64,000 bases of DNA. Origin: Octopus vulgaris. Its lineage: Eukaryota. The notes under the pieces were generated by a model. That model saw only the letters and a program-made list of their open reading frames with translations, did no database searches and was not told where the DNA came from. Location: the NCBI GenBank assembly GCA_951406725.2, contig OX597814.1, positions 169,756,001 through 169,820,000 on the forward strand, read 5' to 3'. Numbering within the stretch: the stretch's first letter is position 1; each line of letters begins with the position of its first letter. The translations under genes and the position numbers were made by a program. Below are positions 53,963-64,000 of this stretch, in pieces.

Positions 53963-56026
53963 TCTTTTAAGGGGCCGACAAAGAGGTGACAACACAAACA
54001 CATGTGGGGACATATAACATAAAAATAAATAAATATTCAAAATAAAATTAAAATTTTGATAATATGAATGAATAACGAAAATGAACAAAATGGAAACGCA
54101 CTGCTTGCCCCACCTCAAGCAGCATCATTTACTTCCTTTTATCTTGGGAGTCCTTTTAACATGTTCAAGCTGAGTTTTTCTAACAGTTCCTTATAACCAA
54201 TAGGATCTTTTCAGTTTGAACGGCAGTTTTTTCTAGCGGTGTCATATGAAATTGTCACCCATAATTATGACCCTAGTATCGATCTATTGCATTTCAATCT
54301 GTTTTAGGGTTAGGGTTAGAGTTAGGGTTAGTTAGGGTTAGGGTGAGGGAAGGGTATCTTTTTTCCTTCAGAAATGTAAATAAACCCAATCTGTTTTTTA
54401 AACGAGGGACATATTCATATGGCACAGAATGTTTTCACCTCAATAGACGTCATTGATTGGTTGAAATTGCAGAAACTGAAAAAAAAACAACAACAAATAT
54501 CTTACAAACTATAGAATTTTCTCAATAAAGCCAAGAGAAAAAGATGTTTTATAAACACATTCTACCAGTATACGAAGTTTAAAAGTGTTTAGCTACGTGG
54601 AAATTATTTTAAAAAACTGCCGTTCAAACCGAAAAGATCCAACCAATATTGTCCATTATCCTTTACAAGTCTGCATAAATTTTCCAATATATATAACCTT
54701 CTTTATATTTCTTTACTTTTTCCATTTGTTTCTCCGGAAGTAGCACCCACGTGTGCCACCCTACTGTGTTGGATATCCTTCAACGTTCACAAATTTCCCT
54801 GTTTTCCATTCTGTTAGCTTACAAATCAGTTCCTTGCTCTCCCTATCCATCAAAAAACATACATAACTAGATTCACAGGGAGGGGAGTTTTGTATATTTT
54901 GTTGTGTTTTCTTTCTCTTTTTTTTTTGGACTGTGTAGGATGGAAATGGGTGGGTTCGGTGTCTGTAGGGGGAGGGTGAATCTGAGATGGTGTGGGTGGG
55001 GTGGATATGGCTTGGGGTTCCACTTCACAGAGTTCCTTCTTCCTCTGTTACTGTCCACATTTCTTCCTTTTTCTTTTCTTCCTCCTGTACGGCCTCTTGC
55101 TTATTCTCTAACTCCTATTCAGCTTTTTCCAGATTTTGCTTCTGTAGAGGACAGTGTACTCTAATGTGGCGAAAAAGGCCACCTTTAAAACAACGAGGGG
55201 TTCTGCCCTCTACCCACACTTTCAAAATCATGTCACTGATAGTAACCGTCTCTGCCAATCTTTCCAGGGTTTCTACCTTGGCCTGTACAATGAGGTCTAG
55301 CATTTTTCCTTTCCACATCGACCCTTCCGTTTCGGTGACCTGGAGGATGGCCACTTCCTAGGAGGACAGCTGCCGCAACCCATGTCACACTATATCTGAA
55401 GGGGCACCCTTCACCCTAATCTTGGAAGTTCTTCTACCAAGATAAGTAGGTAGAAGGAACACTTTGTCTTCACTGTTTATGGCTTTCCTCTTTGCTGTTC
55501 CCTTTGTTCTGAATTGTATGACGACTGTCCCGTACCTGCTTCCTCTTGCCAAAAACTCTACATCCCTCCATACCATGCACAACGCATTCTCAATTATTTG
55601 TTCTTCCATGTGTTCGATCTTTTATCCCTCCACCGAGTAGACTTTGTATCCTATGGTTTTCTTAACCATGTCATCCATTACTTTCTGGGGTGGGGACAAC
55701 TTTACATCACCACCCACTCTGCTTGCCATCTTTTGATATCTTTTCATGCTTGACATGTCTATCTCCTTCTTCTTCACTTCTGTCACTTCTGCAAAACTTT
55801 TCCTTTCCAAGCACTTGTCCGTCCTATCCACAGCCATAACGAGTTCCTCCTCCGAAGAAGACAACTCCTAAAACCACTCAGGTCTGAATAACACATCCTT
55901 CCACAAGCCATTGCTATCCCTCATTCATATGGAGAGAAAGCACAATCAAAAGCCGCTGCAGAGCAGCAACAAATTTTCACTTCCAATACTTACAACCAAC
56001 AGCATCAAAAGAGCATGGAGACACAT
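53963..56026 (-). mobile_element. ORF1-only Tx1/L1-like non-LTR retroelement, copy B
   Basis: Disrupted ORF1 from 55864 (LLPTYLGRR..VWVEGRTPRCFKGGLFRHIRVHCP, zinc-knuckle-like); T-rich 3'UTR ending ggcccctt-aaaaga; no RT/EN seen. Confidence 0.75.
54203..54640. mobile_element. Merlin-like MITE carrying internal (TTAGGG)n
   Basis: 30-bp TIRs ggatcttttcagtttgaacggcagtttttt / aaaaaactgccgttcaaaccgaaaagatcc; exact 8-bp TSD aaccaata; telomere-like hexamers at ~54303-54345; superfamily inferred from GG ends and TSD length. Confidence 0.8.
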
Positions 56027-56045
56027 AAACATTGAAAAAAACCAT

Positions 56046-57766
56046 TGATTTTTTTTATTACCCACAAGGGGCGAACACAGACGGGACAATACATAACATG
56101 TGGGGACATATAACAAAAAAACATATAATAAAAACCATGTGGGGATATAAAACAATAAAAAAAAATAAAATCAACATAGAGAATATGGGATGATAATGAA
56201 AATGAGAAAAATGCAATGAAACTACCCGGCCCCACCTCTTAGCAATTCCATTTCTGCCTTTTAACACCTCTTTATACCTTGAACCTTCTAAACTATCTTC
56301 ATCATGTTCTTCCAACAATTTTTCATTTGCTAAAAGGTCTGGTAGTTTGTTCCAATCAAGTTCCACTTCCCACCAATCATATCCACTTTCATGCCTTGCC
56401 AACCTCACCTTTGTTCCTCTGTGGTTACCACACATTGGTGCCGCCTCTTAACATTGTCATACCCCTCTGTTTCCACTTCTTTATACTCTTCCCATGTCAT
56501 TACCGCCTTACATAATTCCTCATTTGAATCATCACACATTATTACAATACATTTTTTCTTTTCTGCTTGGCTGGAGGGAGCTTGACGGTTTTTGTGTGTA
56601 CTTGTTTCCTTTTCCTTTTGTTTTTGTGTTGGAGGGGAATGAGTAGGCTTGGTGTCTGCGGGGGGAGTGGATGTATGTAGGGGTGTGTGTCTTGGGGTTT
56701 AGAGTTCGAAACACTTGCGTTCTTTCTCTTTCTTCCAGCGACTTTTTCCCACTTGTTCTCCATTGCTACTATTTCCTCCTCCTTTTTGGTTTCTTCCACT
56801 TTTCTGGAACGCTCCAACCTCTCTTCCTTTTTCTCCTCCATATTCCTTAGTTGCTTCTCCTCTGCTTTTTTGGTCTGTGAAGGGCAGTCCACTCTAATGT
56901 GGTTCATTTAGGCCACATTTAAAGTATCTGGGGACTCTGCTCTCCACCCTGACCATCATTATCACATCATCCATAATTATTGACTCTGTAATATTTTCCA
57001 GAGTCTTGGTTGATCCCTGAACAATCAGATTCAGTGTTTGTCCCTTCCATATCATGCTTTCCTTTTTTGTGGCCTGGAGAACCACCTATGTTGTCCCCAT
57101 TTCCAAGAAGGGCAGCGTCTGCTATCCAGACCACATCAGTCTCTAGCAGAATTCCTTCTATGCTGATTCTTGTTGCTCTTAGTCCTCGGTAAGTGGGCAG
57201 AAGCACCACTTCCTCACTCTTGATGAATGTCGCTGCTTGCTTCCTTGCTGTTGCCACATCCTCTACTACTCCAAACATCAAACCTCTTGCGAGGTACATG
57301 ATATGACTCCATATCAATCTCAGAGCCTTTTCCACCTGGTCCGTAGTCACAATGTCAATTTTTCAATTACTCATGGAAAAGGTTCGGTACTTTATTGTCC
57401 TTTCCTTATGTGTCTCTTGGGGTGGGGGGACAGCTTCACCTCAAAACCATCCCGACTTACTAAATTTTTATACCTTCCAAATTTTCCAATATCCATTTCT
57501 CCTGGTATTTTGCCACGTCAGCAAAATTCCTCTTCTCCTTCTTCAATTGATCATCCATCTTCAGGACTGCCTCCAACAATTCCTCTTCCGACTACGATAT
57601 GTCTGAGAAGCTATAGTCTTCAACACACATTTTTTTACTAAAGCTATCTCTCCTCTCACGAGAAAAGAAAGCGCAAACAAACAAACAAACTGCTGCAAAG
57701 CAGCACAACAAGTTCAAATACTATAGAAAAAAAACACCAGTACAAAAAGCAAAGTATAAAATATAC
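56046..57766 (-). mobile_element. ORF1-only Tx1/L1-like non-LTR retroelement, copy A
   Basis: Disrupted ORF1 homologous to copy B (LLPTYRGLR..VRVESRVPRYFKCG..HIRVDCP); 3' end gccccttgtgggtaat-poly(A). Confidence 0.78.
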
Positions 57767-58593
57767 AAACGTTGAAAAATCCATGTGGTCTAAACAATTT
57801 CACAGTATTTATACTTGAATAATGGCAGGAAAGGCTTCATCTCGCATTATCTCAAAGCTACGAGAATTCAATTACATGATTTGTTTATTTTTTTAATGAT
57901 TTTGTAGAGCAGTCTGATACGGCCGGATTTGGCCAGTTTGAACAAATACAGGGGAATTAATTTTGGCTGGTTTGAACACTTATCCTGTAACCTTCTTGTT
58001 AGGTTTATAGGCTTGAAAGTGAAAATCTTCCAACGTATACTATATTTGATGGCATAAAATAAAATTAAATAAAAGTTAACCTCAGTGGAATTTGAACACA
58101 AAGCACTGAGGTTGGAACAAATACCACAAAGCATTTTATTCAATACTCTGATGACTCTGCCAGGGAGAATAATTTAAATATGCATACCTACAAACAAACA
58201 TAGATATGTTTTATCAATATCGTGTTTGTTTTTATTTTTAGCAGACTAAACTTATATGGCTTTGTTAAGAATTCCTTGCACTCTTACAAGTGGCTACTGG
58301 AAGCTGAAAATGTGGTATTGCAAAGAATGTACTGATAATGAGAGAAAGCATTCTAGCTTAGATTAATAGGTTTTGACAGAAATGACAAACAAGCGTGAAA
58401 ATCCACTTAAAGAGAAACATTAAAAAGTAAAAAAACTTTTACTATTTTGCAAGAAATTATATCAACAGCAGCAACAGCAGCAGTGGCAGCAGCAAACAAC
58501 AATATAATACATGCTAGTAAGAGAGCTTTGCACAAATGTTTGACTATTAAGAGTAGCAAATAACTCTCTCTCTCTCTCTCTCTCTCTTCTTCT

Positions 58594-58894
58594 TAAGAGC
58601 TGTTCTTCACTCCTGCTCCAGAGCATCGGCTGCGGGGTCATTCTGAAAAGCTCTACCTGCGACGATTTCATCTCAATCGAAGGAGAGGAGCTTTCTCCGT
58701 CCGGGTTGCGGATCCGTGGAACAAGCTGCCAGACGAGATGGTGAAGATGCTGACGACCGCTTTGTTCAAAGCCTCCCTTGACCTCAAGTGGCCTGAACTC
58801 TTTACATGAACACCACCCTGTACTTAACTCCATGTCCCCCTACATGGCCTTGCTATTTGCTTTTGAGCCAAAATAACTAACTAACTAACTAACT
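58594..58894 (+). mobile_element. CR1-type LINE 3' end
   Basis: Plus frame LRGHSEKL..RRGAFSVRVADPWNKLPDEMV..FKASLD*; (TAAC)n tail. Confidence 0.88.
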
Positions 58895-58995
58895 CTTTCA
58901 AGAATACTCCATCATCTTAGAAAAGAATTCATTGGATAATCTGGTTCTGGATTCCCAACCTATGGATAAAATATGAGTTGGTCACAACTTGGAAT

Positions 58996-59330
58996 AATCA
59001 TCATCATTGTTCGACCATGGTCGAGACAATGGAATTTACCATGCTACGCCAGACTTCACGGTCCATCATAGCATTACGGAGGTCCTGTTGCTGGATGCCT
59101 GTATCCCTGGAGATTACATCAGGGTAGGAGAGTGTGTGCCCTCTGGTATTGCGAGTAAATGGCTTCCAGAGGAGAAGAGTAGAAATTGCCTCGTTTTCAG
59201 CTCTACAACAATGTCCAGCAAACTGGACTCTCCTACCTTTCACAAGAGATGACACAGGTGGTAGTTCCCCATATATTTGCATTTTGGTTGGATGACGCTT
59301 CCACGAGAGATTTTGAGCTCTCATAAGGAG
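58996..59330 (-). mobile_element. Second RTE-group LINE family, 3' end
   Basis: NLSWKRH..RRVQFAGHCCR..LLLWKP..AMMDREVWR; short (TGA)n tail. Confidence 0.85.
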
Positions 59331-59334
59331 GAAT

Positions 59335-59550
59335 ATTAATGGTTTCAAATTTTTGCACAAGGCCAGCAAATTTCAGGGAGTGGGTAAGTCAACTTCATTG
59401 ACTCCCCCGTGTTCAACTTGTTCTTATTTCATTGACCCCGAAAGGATGAAAATTAAAGTCAACCTTGGCAAAATTTGAACTCAGGATATAAAGGTAAACA
59501 AAATGCTGCTAACCACTTTGCCCAGCATGCTAACAATTCTGCCAGCTTGC
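59335..59550 (-). mobile_element. MetaSINE-type copy (similar at ~50160, 58070, 62695, 63595)
   Basis: Reverse complement of the Meta core and head. Confidence 0.75.
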
Positions 59551-59590
59551 TGCCCTGGCACCTGGAATAACGATACAAGCCAATGAAGGA

Positions 59591-59624
<34 letters not shown>

Positions 59625-60281
59625 ACATGCACGCTTGTATATGTGCACATGTATTTCATGGAATTTCAATTTCCGTCTTCCAAATTCACACACAAAGTTT
59701 TAATTGGTCAAGGGTTATAGTTGAAGACAGGTGTGGTGAATAGAACTGAACCTAAGACCACATGATCAGAAAGTAAGTTTCTCAACTGCACAGCCATATC
59801 TGCATATTAATAACAATTGTTTTTTATTGGTTTGTTGTAAAATTATAACTTTAAAATTGAAAATTTCACACAAACTAATTATATCTGCAATCTACATGAT
59901 CAAATCTGCAATTTTCTAAAGCAATTTTGAGAAAGCTGTACCCAGATAAAGAAAAAGTGACAAAAGAATAAATAATTCTAGGTAAATTGTCGGTAAAAAT
60001 ATGTAATGATTTGAATCATATACAAAAACAAAAAAAAAAGCTCAAGTGGAAATTTTCACAATTTTTTGTAAAATTTATTTCTCTTTCTTTCATTATCAGA
60101 GTATTGCAGTATTATGAAAATAGATTGTTAAACAGTAGTATTGTTATTCATCACATATTTCTTGCAAATATACAATTGAAAAATTTGTTTTTAATCTTAT
60201 TTTGAGTTAGTCACCACCATTTCATCATCATCATCATCATCAGCATCATCATCGTCATCGTCATCGTCATCGTCATCATCG

Positions 60282-60327
<46 letters not shown>

Positions 60328-60602
60328 TTTAACATCCACTCTTCTATGCATGCATGAATTGGATAGTTTATTGAGGCAAATTTTCTATGGTTGGATACCC
60401 CACTTCCTGTCATCAACCCTTATTTATTCCCAAGCAAGACAATGTTTCCCTATAGCTTGACATGTTTTCTCAGAATATTTGAAATGACATTCATTTACGA
60501 CAATTATGTGATGCCAAGGCAAGGAAACACCCACATCCATACAACGATACTTACACACATATACATGCATCTCTATCTATATCTATCTATAATTTATATG
60601 TA

Positions 60603-60830
60603 TGGCCGATGCCAGATCCCTCTGGCACCTGTGCAGGTGGCACGTAAAAAACACCCACTACACTCGCGGAGTGGTTGGCGTTAGGAAGGGCATCCAGCTG
60701 TAGAAACACTGCCAGACTAGACTGGAGCCTGGGGCAGTCCCGAGCTCCCCAGACCCTGGTCGAAACCGTCCAACCCGTGCTAGCGCGGAAAACGGACGTT
60801 AAACGATGATGATGATGATGATGATGATGA
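60603..60830 (+). mobile_element. RTE 3' end (gctagcgcgg variant)
   Basis: caacccgtgctagcgcggaaaacggacgttaaac-(GAT)n. Confidence 0.85.
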
Positions 60831-60831
60831 T

Positions 60832-60911
<80 letters not shown>

Positions 60912-61259
60912 ATATATATATGTATGTATGTATGTATGATCATATATACATACAAACACATACACGTACTTACATACACACACACGCACACACATACACA
61001 ATAGGCTTCTCTGGGTTTCTGTCTATCACATCCACTGACAAATCTGTAGTTGACCCAAGGTTATAATAGAAGACACTTGCCCGAGGTGCCCTGCAGTGGA
61101 ACTGAACCTGAAACCATGTGATTGGGAAGCAAACTTTTTATCAAAACTGTCACACCTGAGCAATAGTTTAAGTTAATAAAGCTTATTATTTTCAAATTTA
61201 GATTAATTTTTCTCTATATATAAACACCAGGTAACTTCAAGTAAAATTATTATTATCAT

Positions 61260-61620
61260 AGCTCAGCCTGGAAGTCAGTTTCCATAAGTGAGTCGAGGAC
61301 CTTCTGTGATTCACACTGGATGTAGATAATGGTGTTAAAATGGTGACCTTTGAGCTGCCTTTTCATCTTGTGGAAGAGAAGGAAGTTCACAGGTGCTAAA
61401 TCAGGTGAATAGGGTGAGTGCAGAAGTGATTCCATGTTGTTTTTAGTGAGAAACTCATGAATGAGGAAAGCTCAGTGACAGGGTTCTTTATCATTGTGAA
61501 GAATTCAATTCTTCACGCTCCACAGATCCAGTCACTTTTGCCAAATGTTCTCCTTCAAACACAGTAGAACTTTCGATTAACAGTCTGGCTCTGGGGGATG
61601 AATTCTTGATACACGTGTCC
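61260..61620 (-). pseudogene. mariner transposase fragment
   Basis: ILHNDKEPCH..HSPYSPDLAPVNFLLFHKMKRQLKGHHF is a decayed HDNA/YSPDLAP motif pair. Confidence 0.85.
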
Positions 61621-62921
61621 GGGGATGATGCTAGTGGCAGGTATTCCCAATCATTCATCATTTTTCAGGGATGTTGTTCCACTTTTGAAGTGCCTGTACC
61701 CCTCTCTCTCTTTTATTCTTTTACTTGTTTCAGTCATTTGACTGTGGCCATGCTGGAGCACCGCCTTTTAGTCGAGAAAATCGACCCCAGAACTTATTCT
61801 TTGTAAGCCTAGTGCATATTGTATTGGTATCTTTTGCCGAACCGCTAAGTTATGGGGACATAAACACACCAGCATCGGTTGTCAAACAATGCTGTGGGGG
61901 TGGGAACAAACACAGACACACAAACACATGTACAAACATATATATATATACATATATATGATGAGCTTCTTTCAGTTTCTGTCTACCAAATCCACTCACA
62001 AGGCTTTGGTCAGCCCAAGGCTATAGTAAAAGACACTCGCCCAAGGTGCCACACAGTGGGACTGAACCCGGAACCATGTGGTTGGTAAGAAAAACATTGC
62101 ATACAACCCATTGCCTCATTGCTGTAAGTTTGCTGAAGCATGCTCAATGTCTCTGTAGAAGAGTTCCTGGTGGTGGTGGTGGTGGTGATGATGATGATGA
62201 TGATGACAATGACGGCTTTGGTGATGGTGTAATTATTATCACTGCTGTCGTTACTATTTTTGATGGATTTGTAGTTGTTGATGCTGTTGTAGTTGCAAAT
62301 TTTCTCTACAGAAGTTCCCATATTTTTTATTGCAATATCTAAACAAGATTCACTGTTTTTCTCATTTGTCATACTCCATACTTCTGTCATAACATCTGTT
62401 ATGCTCACTCCTCCTCTCTCTTTGTTAAGTAATTCTCTCCTAAACATTATGACTGTGCTGCTGCCATTTGCCATTTTTAGAATGGATTCAAACTCAACCC
62501 AGTGCAAGTTCAAAGACAAAATTTGATTAGACTCTTCCAGATCCAGCTGGTCTTATCTATACCAAAATTTCCCAAATAACTAAACTCTTTCTTGTCAAAA
62601 GAGTTGATATTCTGTGAAGATCCTTAGATCCAGTCTTGTCTACACCCCGGCAGAATACTGGCAATAACAATAACAACAACAACAATGATAATAATGGTTT
62701 CAAATTTTTAACACAAGGCCAGCAATTTGGGGGAGGAGCTAAATTGACAATATGGACCCCAGGGATCAATTGGTAATTATTTTATCGACCCTGAAGGATG
62801 ACAGACAAAATTGACCATGATGGAATTTGAACCCTGAATGTAAAAATTTACACTTAGCATTTTGTTTTAAAAATTCTGCCAGCTTGCAGCCATAAAATTA
62901 GTAATAATAATAATAATAATG

Positions 62922-62974
<53 letters not shown>

Positions 62975-62975
<1 letters not shown>

Positions 62976-63590
62976 GAGGGAGAAAATGTAATGATTCTTT
63001 GGGACTTTCCAGTATGTACAAACTGCATCATCAAAGCAAATAAATCAGATATTGTTGTGAAAGACCAAAACAATAAAGTTTGTTTATTGATTGACATAAG
63101 CAGTTCCTGTAACCATAATATCTCAGCAAAAGGAATTTGATAAGCTCAGACAATATAAAGATTTGTTAAATGAAATAAAAAAAGATGTAGCATCCCAAGA
63201 CAGTTACAATACCAGTGATTGTAGGAGCACTTGGAAAGATTAAAAAAGGAACTGAAAATTATTTAAGAATGATCCCTGACTTACCATCCATACAGGAAGT
63301 GTAAAAGATTGTCTTAACTGGTACGTCATACGTCATACGTATTGAGAAGAGCATTGTTGCTGTGAATTTTCTTTCCTTTTCCCCCCTTTATTTGTTTATT
63401 TTTTATGCCTGCCTCTTTTACTTTTTATGTCTTCCCCTTTTTCTCTGTCACATGACTTTGTAAATGAACAATCTGGTGTGTATATTTTTATGGCCTACTA
63501 ATGTATACAAGTACGTTTCTCTGCCCTAGGTGCCAGGAAGATGCTCGGCAAGAAATGGAAACAGAATTGAAAGAAGAAGCTAATGAAAAT
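62975..63590 (+). pseudogene. R4/Dong 3' fragment (RLE domain plus 3'UTR), a different subfamily
   Basis: ILWDFPV..ANKSDIVVKD..CLLIDI..YKDL..IPVIVGALG; directly follows (AAT)n. Confidence 0.85.
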
Positions 63591-64000
63591 AATAATGGCT
63601 TCAAATTTTGGCATAACGCCAGCAATTTTGGGGAGGAGGGGAATCGAATATAATCAACCTCAGTGTTCAGCTGGTACTTATTTTATCAATCCCAATCCTA
63701 TAAGGATGAAAGGCAAAGATGAACTCAGTAGAATTTGAACTCAGAACATCAAGACAGATGAAATGCTATTAAAAATTTTGCCCAGCATGCTAATGAATCT
63801 GCTACATTTACAAAAACAGCAACAACAACAGCAACAACAGCAGCAGCAGCAACAACAACAATAAGTAGAAGAATTCACCTCTGGAAACATGGGTGTTTTG
63901 CTCATCATCCTTAAAAGAAAGCTTATTCAGGGACCTTTTGAGTGGAATGGGCTGCACAACATGAATGGGTTACTCAGCTAAGGAAAATGAAGAAGGTGAA

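Larger units (their letters stand above)
51304..57985 (-). mobile_element. Decayed piggyBac DNA transposon with nested SINE, two ORF1-only retroelements and a MITE
   Basis: TTAACCCT at 51304; subterminal sequences at 51308-51375 and 57840-57985 match the two halves of the 3247-3465 MITE; transposase relic inside; right boundary degenerate. Confidence 0.7.

Noticed and set aside
54303-54345. True telomere or chromosome fusion scar
   Set aside because: Short, degenerate and enclosed by MITE TIRs and TSD
58462-58833. 123-aa minus-strand ORF
   Set aside because: Antisense shadow of the plus-strand CR1 C-terminus
62010-62519. 169-aa minus-strand ORF with complex-looking sequence in its first half
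   Set aside because: Runs into simple repeats and a SINE, and no motif is recognised; a degraded LINE or exon cannot be excluded without a search

Overview
AT-rich, gene-poor, repeat-saturated animal DNA. The SINE/LINE repertoire and microsatellite load point to an octopus (coleoid) intron or intergenic region; this is inferred from repeat families only. No intact host gene or CRISPR array is supported, and nearly all ORF-track entries are microsatellite or repeat artefacts. Contents: R4/Dong-type RT-RLE LINE relics in (TAA)n; many 5'-truncated RTE 3' ends with (GAT)n tails and a 3'UTR VNTR; CR1 and second-RTE 3' ends; several tRNA-derived SINE families; Penelope-type repeats with degenerate minimal hammerhead ribozymes; Helitron, hAT, mariner and Merlin-like MITEs; and a decayed piggyBac. 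Two structures stand out. (1) Two diverged ORF1-only, Tx1/L1-like retroelements sit head-to-tail at one site ~30 nt upstream of the piggyBac transposase ATG, each bounded by a ~19-bp duplicated motif, suggesting transposon-targeting retro-parasites; their 3' tail is shared with a MetaSINE. (2) An ~8.5-kb unit between two (TA)n tracts joins ~23.7 near-identical 317-bp monomers, a unique linker and an RTE 3' tail, possibly a retrotransposed satellite composite.
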